Shown here: one piece after another, positions 39,685-53,385 of the stretch
Position numbering within the stretch: the first letter of the stretch is position 1
Layout: every line of letters starts with the position of its first letter
The notes under the pieces: generated by a model
Seen by the model: the letters and a program-made list of their open reading frames with translations, nothing else
Told to the model about the DNA's origin: nothing
Database searches by the model: none
Position numbers and translations under genes: made by a program
Assembly (NCBI RefSeq): GCF_006345805.1
Contig: NC_043004.1
Coordinates: forward strand, 46,376,001 to 46,440,000
Length of the DNA stretch: 64,000 nucleotides
From: Octopus sinensis
Taxonomy: Eukaryota
Reading direction: 5' to 3'

Positions 39685-40229
39685 GTACGTATATACATAC
39701 GTACGCATGCGTATACATACAATATATGAATATGTGTGTGTGTGTTATATGTTATATATATGTATGACTTCCGGTTTCGGTTGTGGAAGACGTTTTTTTC
39801 GTGCTCCTGAAACAACCTAGAGGGATTCCCTAAATCAACGAAAAATCTACCACAACTTACCAAAATAACATGGTACTTGTTATTTCTTAACGGTCTACTA
39901 TAATACATTCGTGAAAAAGCTTAATTTATTACATGAAGGTTTGATATATTGCATTGAAGTCAACGACGCAAGCCAGAGATATCCTTGAAGAAAGCATGGA
40001 TAAATCGCACTTTCATAAGTGGCCGTGTGTGAAAAGAAATCGATTTTTCTTCGAAAAAAAAAAACTTCGTAGAAGAACAACGATAACAATTTTTACCTCT
40101 AGGGAATAAATATCATGTTCATTTCGTTTATATTATTTTATTTTATCTCTAGTATCACCGTGTGTAAATTTAAGTGAAAACGTATTGTTTGTTTACGTTC
40201 TATTTGAAAATTTTACAGTAGTAAATTCG

Positions 40230-40880
40230 TTACGAAACATCTTTCTTCTCACTATCTTTTTTCACGTAATTTCTTAAAGCGGCCTTTTCGTTCTATATCC
40301 TCTGTTTTTCTCTTTCCTTTATATCCTCGTCATCTGCTCTTCCTCTCTCTCTTTCGTAACTTCCTCTTTTTATCTCCTCTCTCCCTCACTCTGTCTCTCC
40401 CTTCCTTTCTTGTCTTCCTCACTTTCCCGCTTCTCTCTCCCTCATTTTGCCTCTCTCTACATCAACCTCTCTCCCTCTCTCTTTCATACCTTCCTTTTTC
40501 TTTCCTTTCTCTTTCACTCTGGCTCTCCCTCGTTTTCATATCTTCCTCCTTTTCCCGCTCGTCTCTCCCTCCTGTTGTATCTCTCTACACCTAACTCTCA
40601 CCCTCTCATCTCTCCCTCTCCCTCATATATATCTTGTTTTTCCTCCTCTCCCTCTCACTCCGTCTCTCTCATTCCTTCATACATTCATCATTCTCTTTTC
40701 TCTCTTTCTCTTCCCCAATTCTCCCTTCCTCTGTCTCGCTATCGCTCCATGCCCTTTTCTCTTTCCTTCAAATCATCCTCTCTCTTTCCTCCATATCTCT
40801 CTCTTCCCCTTTCCCTCCCTCTGTCTTTCGTCCTCTCTACCTCTCTCTATCTCTCTCACTTCCTCTCTATCTTATCCAAT
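40230..40880. repeat. CT-rich low-complexity tract
   Basis: Directly visible. Confidence 0.9.
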
Positions 40881-40939
40881 CCCTGAAGGTTTAGATAACC
40901 AAGATGGCACTAAAATAGGAAAGCAAAGAAACGAATCTT

Positions 40940-41585
40940 CTGTTGCGACCTTGGACAATTGCTAGCGGCGATCTTCAAAACAACATCATTGCTGCTTCAC
41001 TGAAGAACAATGGTTTCTGTAGAACCATTGAGCAGATAGAGCGAAAGAAAAACGAATTCATCTGATCCTATGCCCTTATTAGGCCACATATTGACACTCT
41101 TGATGGCATCTTTGAAAACTACTGTGACAAGGATGATAAGGATAGGGAAAATGAAGCAACAACCAGAGGTCTCTGATCCATGGATCCCACAAAAGAATGG
41201 ACCCCCCACCCCTGTGAATAATCAGGCTGATAAGGTCAAAGCAACAACTAGATGTTCCTCTGTGCCATTGTTCCCACAAACATTGGAGCCCTCACTCCTA
41301 TGAACATCCAGAGGAATGCAGGGGCTACCACCAGTAAAGGAAGGAAAGATAACACGCAAAAACATAAAAAAGAAAAGGGAGAGAAAAGAAAAGGAAATGA
41401 TGAAACACCTAAAGCTAGAGCTGAAATTCCAAACTACCAAATAAAAATCAAAAAACCGAAACATGAAGGCTCCAGTAAGGAGAAAAAAATTTGGAGTGAA
41501 GACGAGGATGAGTAAATGTTACTTGCAAGGCATCAGGAAGACGGTATAAACTGCCGGTTTGCTCACCAAAACTGTAAGGGCTTTA
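40940..41585 (+). pseudogene. Possible LINE ORF1-like remnant with a degenerate CCCH zinc finger
   Basis: Basic low-complexity stretch followed by KCYLQGHQEDGINCRFAHQNCKGF. Confidence 0.3.
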
Positions 41586-41589
41586 AGGA

Positions 41590-42400
41590 GTACTACTTCC
41601 CAGGCGAACGGATCCAATGTACTTGATGGTATCCACTTCTCTCTGCTCAGCATGACGTTGGTTGCCGTGTTTTGGACGTTACTACTACACTTTTCTGCAA
41701 TGATCTTAGGTGGTAAGCTCTATTAGTTCCGCTTCATTGCTGCCTTAGAGGTTAATATCATCAGCAAAGTGCAGGAAACGTGCCGTCCTTCGATGGAAAG
41801 AGAGGGGTGGAAGCCTTGAGGTGTCTCCTGGAAGATGTCGAAATGCACTGGACAAAGTTGACATCTTCGTCGAACACACACTGTTGTCCCGAAGAATGCT
41901 CCAATGCAATTTTTCATCACCTGCAACAACCCGTTGTAACATGAAGTTTTGTTTGAGGCCAGATTTGTGTTGTAGATGTTTCTTAATGACCAACTAACGC
42001 TAAATATATGCTCTACAATACTCATTTTGAGCCTAGAACCGGCCTATTCTTCTACAAAGATTACTTCTGCGACCTTTCCTAAAATATCTGTAGCAAAACT
42101 CTTAGCTATACTTTGCTGGGCTTTTTAAGTAGGCTGACTGTTCTATAATTCTGGTAGAGTTTTAAGTTGCCTTTCTTGTGAATGGTTATCATCAGTGATC
42201 GGCTGCACTGCTCTGGCCACTGCTTTATATCTCATCTTCTGATAGGTTGCAGTTAGTGACCTGGTAAGCTTTGGCCCTTCATGTTTCAGTAGCTTTGATA
42301 GTATCCACTACTGGGGATTTCCTATGAAGATGAGACTCCTGGACACTGTAGTACAACTGACGACTGACTTAGTTAAAGATGAAGCCTTATCTATGCTTAT
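41590..42400 (-). pseudogene. RTE-clade LINE reverse transcriptase fragment
   Basis: HKKGNLKLYQNYRTVSLL, EE*AG, FGTTVCVRRRCQLCPVHFDIF (GVRQGCLLSP-like), SIEGRHVS..LHFADDINL. Confidence 0.8.
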
Positions 42401-42424
42401 CTTTTTTGTTATCTTCACTGAAAC

Positions 42425-42620
<196 letters not shown>

Positions 42621-43907
42621 GTATTTATTTATTATTTTCTTCTAATGGGAGCAAACGTTCATTCAATAAAAATTGTGTACTTGGTTCATGTAGTACATAC
42701 AGGGGTTGGGGTTATATATATTATTGTCTATTGATGTCTTTGAAATGGATGATATATATATTTTCCCTAGTCTTTTCTATAGCCTTTTACTACTAAACCA
42801 TTAAACGACCCGTTCTTACTCTATTTTGTTTGTATATTTAAAATTTTGAGTGGTGAACAATTTAAAGAGTTGCCCGAAGGATGGATTTGACTTTGGATAT
42901 AGGAATATATTTACCTGAAGAGACAATTGTGCTATGGAGAATACCTCAAGAACTACAGTATCTTTCTCAATAACATAGTATTCCTCAAATCGAAAGTTAT
43001 TTTTCAACGAAACGAGACAAAATTCTGTTGTGTAGTCAATTAGTTCACGTAAGGCAAGGATCAAACTATGCTTCTAAAAACAATTGCTGATAAAATTGAC
43101 AGTATAATTTGAAGTTATAAGCATACCCACACTAAATTCTTTCTATCGATACACACGTTCATTCATTCATCCATACATTCATTTTTTTCAAATATGTAAC
43201 TCTGAGCGTGGTCTAATATATTGAAATATATCTCGCAAGCATATACACACATATGCACGCGCGCACACACCACATACGTACGCACGCATGCACGCAATCA
43301 CACACACGTATAACATCTTTAATATGTTCCAAATATCTATATTAGTTTGCTTTATAGAACTATTTAGAACCTGAATATTCCACTACCAAATAGTGAACCT
43401 GAAGCACAACGGACTCTATGACGACTCGAGGAACACGAAAATAATGTTGAAACGGATAGAATTATCATAAACGGATTTTAAAATATCAATAGATGACACT
43501 AGTTTCCAATCAGCAACCGATCTTACTGGCTGTAACCGCATTAAATTTGGTTTATGTGTAAATTCAAATATTCATCCCATCGTTAATACTGAAGTCAGTT
43601 TTTGTTCTGTGAAATTGTTTAGACTAGGTTTGTGTTACTAATCTATCCAGATTTGTTATTCATTTTCTATTACGATTATCTGCAGTGCCATAGTCAACTA
43701 AGAAAATCCGTAGATTCCTCAAGTCAAAATGACGCTAACGCTTAAAACTTTTCACTCGTTAAAAATAGATAAAAGAGGTTCAATACGATTATCACTGTTC
43801 TTGTCATTTCAAAGATGGACAGTAATGAAAAGATAGTGTAACATTAACATAGCGAACGGCCTTATTGCTCGAAACTAAATAATTGGGCAAATTTACGATA
43901 CACTATA

Positions 43908-44315
43908 GGTGTAGGAGTGGCTGTGTGGTAAGTAGCTTGTTTACCAACCACATGGTTCCAGTTCAGTCCCACTACGTAGCACCTTGGGAAAATGTCTTCT
44001 ACTATAGCCTCGGACCGACCAAAGCCTTGTGAGTGGATTTGGTAGACGGAAACTGAAAGAAGCCCGCCGTGTATATGTATGTATATGTATGTGTGTGCGT
44101 TTGTGTGTCTGTGTTTGTTCTCCCAACATCGCTTGAGAACCGATGCTGTTGTGTTTACGTCCCCGTAACTTAGCGGTTCGGCAAAACAGACCGATAGAAT
44201 AAGTACTAGGCTTACAAAGAATAAGTCCTGGTGTCGATTTGCTCGACTAAAAAAGGCGGTGCTCCAGTGTGGCCACAATCACATGACTGAAACAAGTAAA
44301 AAGTAAAGTAAAGTA
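43908..44315 (+). mobile_element. tRNA-derived SINE, same family as 15474
   Basis: Full-length match. Confidence 0.9.
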
Positions 44316-44989
44316 TACATTATCAGTGAACAAGATATCGAAGACGAAATATGCTGCTGCCTTCAATGTAACATATCTGATCGGATGATTCCATATAGAG
44401 AGAGAATGAAAAAAGAAAGGAAGTGGCCAAGAAATTCTAGTCATTATGCATCGAACACAAGTATTTGCTATAAAACTTTAACCAATAGAATTCTTCATTT
44501 CAGAATAACTTTAATATTCGGCGATTTTAGGCACAAATGACTACAAAATACTCACATAATCTTGGATACAAAAACAAACACATATTCGGGTATATTATCA
44601 CAAACAAGTGCTTATTATCTGCTAGACTACATCTAATAAGAGACTCAAAATAGGTATGTTATAAATGGAAATTTATATGCATAAGTGACAATGTGTAAAA
44701 TATTTCAAAACTGAAGATAAAATCTGCCACTATATCTAAATATATTTATACAAACATGAATGCATTCTGATATACAAAAACACATACACTCAGGCACATG
44801 TATGTATGTATGTATGTATGTATGTATGTATGTATGTATGCATGTATGTATGTATCTATGAACAGCAAAGAATGCGGAAGGAAACTTTAAAAACATAGAT
44901 GCATATGTGTACATGTATGCATACATACATACATATATATGTGTATGTATATATATACGTAGAAAAACACACTCACATAGAATCATATA

Positions 44990-45073
<84 letters not shown>

Positions 45074-45508
45074 TGCATGTGAGTGTATATATATATATCT
45101 ACATATAGATCTGTGCACGTGGGTGGGTATTTTTATGTATGTTCATACATGCATACATGTATGCATAATATACACAGACACACACACACATATAAGTACG
45201 CAAAAATTCACACTCACGTGCACAGTCACATGTGTGTATAAGGTACGTGATGTGTATCTGTTGGATTACAAATTAAATACGGATTTGATTTTACGATGAA
45301 ATATTTACGATGAAAGTACGTGAATAAGTGATTAAATACAAATCCATTACTTATTCTAAAGTCGTTCAATATTCATATCTTCATTACTTGTTATACATAG
45401 CAAATACCAATAAAATATTCATTTTTGTCAAAAAATAAGCCCATTGATTATAGATATGCATGTATGTGGTAGAAGTCCGTGCGTGAGTCTGACTCAGTCT
45501 GTGTGTAC

Positions 45509-45559
<51 letters not shown>

Positions 45560-45622
45560 TATATATTTTCAACATCCATTGATCACGCATATTTATCTAG
45601 ATATATAGTATGTGTGCATATG

Positions 45623-45710
<88 letters not shown>

Positions 45711-45715
<5 letters not shown>

Positions 45716-45835
45716 GCCTGCTCGCTTAGCCAGCGGAGTGGCGTCATTTAAAGGCTAAAACAATGCGAAACGCATTGTGACCAGCGATGTGTAGCAACAT
45801 CTGATAGCCTGGTCGGTCACGGTGATCACGCTGAT
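45711..45835 (+). other. Short, highly structured GC-rich insert between (TA)n tracts
   Basis: Hairpins ACAATGCG/CGCATTGT, GTGACC/GGTCAC and GATGT/ACATC within 125 nt. Confidence 0.5.
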
Positions 45836-45845
45836 ATATATATAT

Positions 45846-45902
<57 letters not shown>

Positions 45903-46528
45903 TGTACATATGTATATATATATATCGATCGATCGATCGATCTATAGATAGATAGAGAGATAGATAGATAGATAGATAGATAGACAGAGATTGATAGATA
46001 GACACAACAAGATATAAGGACGGTTAAATATGACAATAAATGCCTGTATGTATATATTTATGTGCAAGGTTATATCTGATTTTTTTTTAAATCATGTAGA
46101 CAGACACATTATAGATGCTTCACATGTACCATCCAAACGGAGTCTAAAAGACACCACTGGACATCATGTATATGCATTTTACCATCCAGGTTTGCAAATC
46201 CAAAGATAAATTTGCATGATTGTGAAAATTTCATCAATTGTTTGTTGACATATCTTCAATATCTGGTGTGCTGCAATGCACCAGCATAGGTATGAAACTC
46301 TATTCAATCTTACCATGTATTTATTTTAGAACATCCAAAATTATCAAAGTCAAAAATAATGACGCATGCACTCAATTTGGTATTTTAGTACATAAAGTTT
46401 AAACAGACACACACAGATGGTCACTTAAATTTTTACGTCAGGGTTTTGTATGTTTATATGTATGTGTCTCTCTGTCTGTCTCTGTCTGTCTCTTTCTCTA
46501 TCTATCTATCTATATATCTATATATCTC

Positions 46529-46573
<45 letters not shown>

Positions 46574-46645
46574 TACTAGAATTTGATTGATATATAGCGG
46601 TACGTAAGCCAAATTAAGAAATCTCTAGTGAAACTTTTTATTGAT

Positions 46646-46687
46646 GTATCTGAAGAATCCCAGAACGGGGCGAAACATGTGTTGTAC
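46646..46687 (+). ncRNA. Minimal hammerhead ribozyme, near-intact
   Basis: GTAT-CTGAAGA-atccc/agaac/ggggc-GAAAC-ATGT-GTT-GTAC; 4-bp stem I, weakened stem II base. Confidence 0.55.
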
Positions 46688-46809
46688 CTAATAAAGTCTG
46701 CTACAGATTCCTTCTCCTATTTTATTAAAACTTTAACACGTGCGTCCGCGCGCGCGCACACACATATATGTGTATATACATATAAATACGTAAATGCATA
46801 CATAGAAAT

Positions 46810-47235
46810 AATGGAAGGATATCACAGAAGGCAAAGAAATAAGAACTCACAATATGGTAGAAGCCATCACCACTCAGAATAACAGTGAAAGCCTCAATAA
46901 AATGTAAACCCACTTGACATGATACAAGGATTTGGGATAGCGAAGAGAAATTATGTAGAGTTGTGGAAATCAGCTTCCCAGCGGGTGTTAACGTGGAGTT
47001 TAAGATCAGTGAAAAAGAGACTACGTACACTGAACTATATAGAAATCTGCAGTTACTCTATCCAGATTGCGAGTTCAGGCTTACTAGCGGGGCATTATGA
47101 TATGTAACACATTCATCAAATACCAATTAGGCTTCTCAAAACCAGAGAGGAGAAAGTTGATTCGAAGACTACAGATTCACGCCATCACTTGAACTGTAAA
47201 GTTCTGTAAAACTTTCCAAAAGTTTAACAAAAGTA
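46810..47235 (+). pseudogene. RLE non-LTR retrotransposon C-terminal endonuclease fragment
   Basis: IWDSEEKLCRVVEISFPAGVNVEFKISEKETTYTELYRNLQLLYP...RRKLIRRLQIHAIT..VKFCKTF. Confidence 0.7.
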
Positions 47236-47429
47236 TATACATAAGTATTAATGAACATGTCTAGATATTCAACTATATGCCTGAACTACGTACAAAAAGC
47301 AAACAAACAAATATTCATGTATACACGCATGCATGCAAAAATACTCCGTTGATGTTAAATTCCAATGAAGGAGCCTTGGATCTAGATTAGAACCCAACGC
47401 TTTCTCTTGGCAAGAAACCTTAAGGTAAT

Positions 47430-47632
47430 TGAATAATGACATACATACATACATACATACATACATACATACATACATACATACATACATACATACATAC
47501 ATACATACATGCATGCATGCATACATACATACATATATACTTACATACATACATACATACATACATACATGCGTACATACATACATACATACATACATAC
47601 ATACATACATACATACATACATACATACATAA
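47430..47632. repeat. (CATA)n microsatellite
   Basis: Directly visible. Confidence 0.97.
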
Positions 47633-47689
47633 GTGATTGTGTCTGTGTATGTGTGCGCATGTATGAATATTTCAGACAATAATTTCTTT

Positions 47690-50322
47690 CAGAGACCAAC
47701 TGTTAAAATTAAAATGCGTGGACACTGTCAAGAACACATAGATGACTCTCTTGAGAGCGAACCACCATCGGTTATTAACCACAGCGCCGGTTAATGCCCT
47801 CTGTACTAATTCCTAAATGCGGCTACGGTATGCCTCGCAAGTCAAAATAGACTTGTTCAGCTTCCAGTAGCCGGATCCTCTCTTAACTGTACTATCTATG
47901 TCCAGGCTACACTTGACCATTCTATGGTCAGTGTAAGCTACATGGACAAGCTGTGGATAGTTAAAACTAGACTTATCTCTAGTTCTTATCACTATCCTAT
48001 CTAAGTAACTTTTGAGCCTTTCGTCGCGACTAATCCTGGTCCACTCCCGGACGCTCGGATGGTCAAGCCTGTAGCAATCCGCTAGCTGAAAGCGCTTCAG
48101 CTGATCTAAGAGACGTGAGTTCACTTTCCTACCGATCGAGCCAACGATATCGATGCGTGCGTCAATGATAGCGGTATTGTCTCCTAACACTACCAATGTC
48201 TTCGACGTCACGGGAAAGTTCTCTAGGCGCCGATAAATATCAGTTTGAAATCCTCTAGCACAAGATGCATAGATCCCGATCAACCTGGAGGCCTTACTGA
48301 TATACGTCACATCAAGGACGACTAGCCCACCTTCTGGGTTTACATAAACTGTACTTATCCGCTGAGGCAAGCCTTTTCGGACCAGTACTACTGCACCCAC
48401 TCGCCCTCCGGTCTAACTAGGAGACATTTTCTCATATCCATTCAGGAGGGGCGAGAAGGTTTGTAGGCTGTCCAGCTTGCTCTCTGTAGCAACCATCACA
48501 TGTACATCATGTGATCTGAGGTCGTCGAGTAAACAAGCTTGCTTCCGCTTCGAGCTCAGACCACGCACATTGAAACACCCAAGGTTATGTGTAACCAATA
48601 AAAACAAGGAAAAAATCAAGGGTTCTTCTTACCCTTAACTGGTGATGTTGAGGCTGACCTCACAACACGTGAGGCAGCCCTTTCCTCCTCCTCCTTCTAC
48701 AAATAACCTGGAAGGTCCAGGATATTCCTGATGGTCTTTGCTCAAGTCCTTGTGTTGTTGAAACAGCTTGGTGGTTTGGTGTCTCTCTACAATCTCCTCA
48801 ATATTCTTCTTTCTGGTAACATATTTTACCAGAGTTTTCGTTTCATTATCATTTTCCCTCTTTTTTTCCTTCTGGGACAATGGGTTGTAATCGTTTTGTA
48901 TTTGTGGTGTGATGGTCTCATTGTCTTTTTTTGTGGGGGATATGGATGGGGAAGGTGCATTTATTTGTTTCCGAGCAACCGTGAACCCCCCTCGATCACC
49001 TCCATGGTGTCATCCGGGGGAGTTACATGTTCTGGTGCCACTTTAGAGGGGTGAGTCTCTTTGATGTTGTCAGGACCGGTGTGTACCTGGGCTGGGGTTT
49101 TTGGGTATCGTGTTTGAGTGCGGACGCCACAAATGGGGGTGTGGGAACTTTTGTTTCTGTGGGGCTAATATGTGTGCGGGTTAGGGGTCTTTTTATAATT
49201 GAGGGGCCTCGTGTCTGCGCGACTTTTTTCTTCCATTGTTCACAGTCTACGCTAATGTGGCCTTTTTTACCACATTCGTAGCACGTGGACTTTTTGCCCT
49301 CTACTTGTATTTTGAGGACAATATCCTCACCCAAGGGCACCCTTTCTGGATATTTCAATATATTCCTGAGTCCCCTGAATAATAGCAGAAATGCTCTGCC
49401 CGAGCCAATTTTGTGGGACGGAACATGTGATCTGAAGGAAGTTAATTTCATCCGTCCTGTTATACAGCAGGGCGGCCATCACCTCCCTGGCATCAATTTC
49501 AGGTGATACCTCTATTACCTTTACAAGAGCAGTTCATCTTCCCATGTAGGTTGACAGAAGCACTACCTCCTTCGTTTTTAGGGGGCTCGCTGAGTACTCT
49601 TTGGCTTTTTCCTCGGTTCCAAATGTGGCTTCTATTGTACCATATGTCCAGCCCCTCTCTATGTACTTTACATCCTTCCATATGGGGGCAAGGCATTTTT
49701 CAATTTTACACTATTCAAAGTGATTAAATTTCCTTGTTGACGGACAGTACGTTTTGAAAACGACTGTCCTTTTTTTCAATTTTTCGACGCTGAGGGAGGG
49801 TGATATCTTTATATTTCCACTCTCCTCTTTTATTTCAAAAAGCTCGGAGAGCTTTTCCGTTGATAACAGAGCGTTTTCAATTGCCACCTCGGCAACTGAT
49901 GAAAATTTCTTTACTGGCTCATCCAGTGGACTCTTTTCGTGAATTATCTCGACCGACATATTCGGCTGAAATTAATTCTACACACAAAACTAAATTACAA
50001 ATCCCTCGAAACGGGAAACCTATAATATATTTTTTCCCTCTAAATGAGGACAGCAGTTCAAATCCCAATCCCACTGAGGGGCGGGGCGCAACAATAAAGC
50101 CTACAAAAGCTTTAACAAGTTCAATTTTTCAACAAATAACAACTGCCAAAATGGCTTCACATAAACAATTCCTGTCTCCCGTCACAGGGAAAAGCACAAA
50201 AAATGCTCAAAGTTCAACAATTCAACAACGATAAACAGTTAATAATTCCAACAAAAAGCAATCTAAGCTCCAACAAAACGTCCAACTCACCGACAAACAA
50301 AAACACGTCCAACAAAGAGACC
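47690..50322 (-). mobile_element. Tx1/L1-group LINE, 3'-truncated: 5'UTR, ORF1 with zinc knuckle, APE endonuclease, no RT
   Basis: ORF1 fragments with CYECGKKGHISVDC; ORF2 FNVRGL, TESK, LGDN..D, SYLDR, TDH, GYWKLN. Confidence 0.88.
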
Positions 50323-50360
50323 GGTAAGCAATCTATTTACCACACATTCACTCCTGCGCC
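50323..50360 (-). mobile_element. First 38 nt of the abundant SINE head, abutting the Tx1 5' end
   Basis: ggcgcaggagtgaatgtgtggtaaatagattgcttacc versus family ggcgcaggagtggctgtgtggtaagtagcttgcttacc. Confidence 0.75.
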
Positions 50361-50586
50361 TATATGTATATCTTTAGGCAAACTCATTTTATATTATTTA
50401 TATTCGTATATTTTGCATACGGTGAACTTGTATAAGGAAAATAACTGCAAGAATGAATAACAGTTAACTATTTTGTCACGCACACACACACACAAACACA
50501 CATACACACACAATTTATTTGTATAAGTAAAGTGACTTCAAATATTTTGAGAAGCACAGCCATACACACGCATACGCACACACTTA

Positions 50587-50645
<59 letters not shown>

Positions 50646-51501
50646 GTGTGTATATATGTATGTGTATATATATATTTGCGTGTGTATATATGTATATGTA
50701 TATATATATGTACATATATATATATATATAATATATATATATATATATAACTCGATTTTGTTTCGTACTTACTTAATGTGTGGCGGGTATAATATTTCGA
50801 GTGTATAGTCGTATGTTATATGGCTTAATCTTGGAAATCTATCAAAGATTACGAAAACCTGGAAGTGTTCAATAAATGCTTAGTCCATGTTTTTAGCGTC
50901 TTCTGGAGCAATGTTCCATTTTAATAAATGGAGGGAGAATATTAATGCATGGATTCACATGTTGGCTTCTTGCGACCCAGTTAATTGCGATATAGTTTCG
51001 ATTGTCTTTGAAATCTAAGTAATATGCTTTTTCAAACGTTGGCAATATCAACCAGAGACTATATGTATATTGAAATTACGATTTTATTACACCCTAGGAA
51101 TCAGTGATTGCCAAACACATAGACCTGAATATGTGTTATATAGACCATTTATAATGGTTACACGTTGGAATATATTTGATATTTCTATATTCGCTGTTTG
51201 ATTTTTCTATCTTCTTCGGGGGAAAATGTTAGTATGGGTGAACTATAGTACTCACCTGCATGATATAACTATTTGGCAACCAATCGTAACACCTAAACAT
51301 CCACACACACAAGACACGCACACACACACACATACATTAATGGTGGATGAGACCTACACAATCATCGTGTAGATCCCGAAGGAATTTGAAACTAAATTCC
51401 GTATTCTTCATCCAGAACAAGGCCCATGTTAGCAAGAGTGTCTATAACAGAAATTTAGATGCAGCTGATATGGGAGTAGTAAGGTAAATATACGCAAATA
51501 C

Positions 51502-51548
<47 letters not shown>

Positions 51549-51972
51549 TTAAATAGAGCAAGAAAAATATATACATACATATGAAGAATTATGTAATTTC
51601 TTATATGACTTAATATATATTAATATGCAAAAATTCTGCTACATACAAATTTATGTCTAGCCGAATTTGTGTATATCTGCCTCAGCTCTTCTCTCTCAGA
51701 CTTTCTCTCTCTCTCTCTCTCACCCCTCTCTCCTTCTACATCCTCTCTCTTTCTCTCTCCCTACTTCTCTGTCTTTCTCTCTCGCTTCCTCTCTCTCTCT
51801 TTCTCTATTTTTTCGTAATGAAATTTGTGATTTAGTAAAATTTTGGCTTCTTCATTATGTTGCACGCGATGCCCTAACCCTGTATATAAATGGCCATTTA
51901 CGCATGTAAACTAACATTTTGTTTTGGGATACTATACAGTATTGTCACTGGATACTTTGTTGCTCTCTACAC

Positions 51973-52159
51973 TAGTGGTTCCCAATCCTTTTATTTAAAT
52001 GAGTTTTCCCACGAGCCCCTTTTAATATGATTATCTTTATCTGTGTGTATGTGTGTGTGTGGTTCTAAGTATATATATATATATATATACATATATAATT
52101 CTGAGTTTAGTTCACAGACCCTAGTACTACCTTTGCGGACCCCAGGTTAGGAACCAGTG
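51973..52159. mobile_element. hAT (Charlie-like) MITE
   Basis: TIRs TAGTGGTTCCCAATCC / GGTTAGGAACCAGTG; 8-bp TSD CTCTACAC / GTCTACAC (7 of 8 match). Confidence 0.75.
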
Positions 52160-52788
52160 GTCTACACATTTAAACTAACATTAAGTGTAGTGATACCATA
52201 AACTATTGCCAATTGGATGTAGCAAATCCAGGCGAATATAACTGGTAAATTAAGTTAGGTATATATTTTCGTAGAGTAAAAGTGTAGGGGAATATGAATT
52301 TAACGAAATCAGGAATATGAAGATAAAGAATTTAGCTTAGACCTCGGTTAGAATTATGTTCAGTAGCTTTAATTTGGTATTTTATTGAGAGTCACACTCT
52401 TGACACGAAGATGGATCATGGATTTTCCTGAAACAAGAGCCTATAATCACCAGTTTCCTTATCATTGTAATATCTAAGACCATTTTTTTGATGACAGTAC
52501 ACGTGATGCCGGTATCTTTCTCAATATCAATGATTAAATAATATCGCTATACTGCTTCGGGGAACGTTTTAAGAAAAATAAGATTAACTAAACGAATTTA
52601 TGAAAAAATTGGTTTAAATAATGCTGCACAGTGGTTTGAGTAGTTCATCCCTACTAATATTCAAGACTTCGCGAGGCTTGTAAGATATTTTTGTAGTGCT
52701 GCTCTAAACAATACATTCATATATTTTCTAGCTAAAATTTTAATCGCTTTCAGTAGACACACATACACACACACACACACAGACACAC

Positions 52789-52819
<31 letters not shown>

Positions 52820-53067
52820 TGCATCAGAAAATGGTGAAGTAGTATCAGTCCGGGCAGAATACTTCATAGCCTCTCTGTTGGCACACCACAGTAACGATAT
52901 TATTTAGATTAGTGAAAAACTCCGAGTAATCTTTTGGTCGGATTCAAAGTTATGGTTCATCACAATAATATATTGTAAATCCGTGAATGGGCTTCTTCGT
53001 CAGAGCTATAAATCATACACACACACACACACACACACATACACACACACACACACACACACAACAC

Positions 53068-53123
<56 letters not shown>

Positions 53124-53340
53124 TATACATATGAGAGGTATTGGTATCCAGAAGACCCACCAAGATGGCAGGTGTGATTCTGTAAATGCTACGAGAGGAC
53201 CGTAGTTAGACTCTCGATTCGATAATAATATAAGTGAGGAGTCTAATGCGGGTCCTTTCTGAGCATGTATACGTTCAATAAAATGAGACAACAAAACGAA
53301 GTCTGTGTGGAATTTATAGGACATTTATAAAGACAAAGAT

Positions 53341-53385
53341 AGACATACACCTGTTTCTGGGGTATCCCTTCATCAGAGGCGATAT
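53341..53385 (-). ncRNA. Hammerhead relic with intact core but unpaired stem I
   Basis: CTGATGA-a-GGG ata CCC-ca-GAAAC-aggt-GTA; same tail family as 7017-7130. Confidence 0.45.

Noticed and set aside
40410-40965. Ser/Leu/Pro/Phe-rich ORFs
   Set aside because: CT-rich low-complexity DNA.
41000-41050. Hammerhead: CTGAAGA followed by the 8-bp hairpin CAATGGTT/AACCATTG
   Set aside because: GAAA lies about 11 nt beyond the stem, and there is no stem III or stem I.
52960-53003. CTGACGA core on the minus strand
   Set aside because: No closing stem II strand or GAAA follows; truncated.
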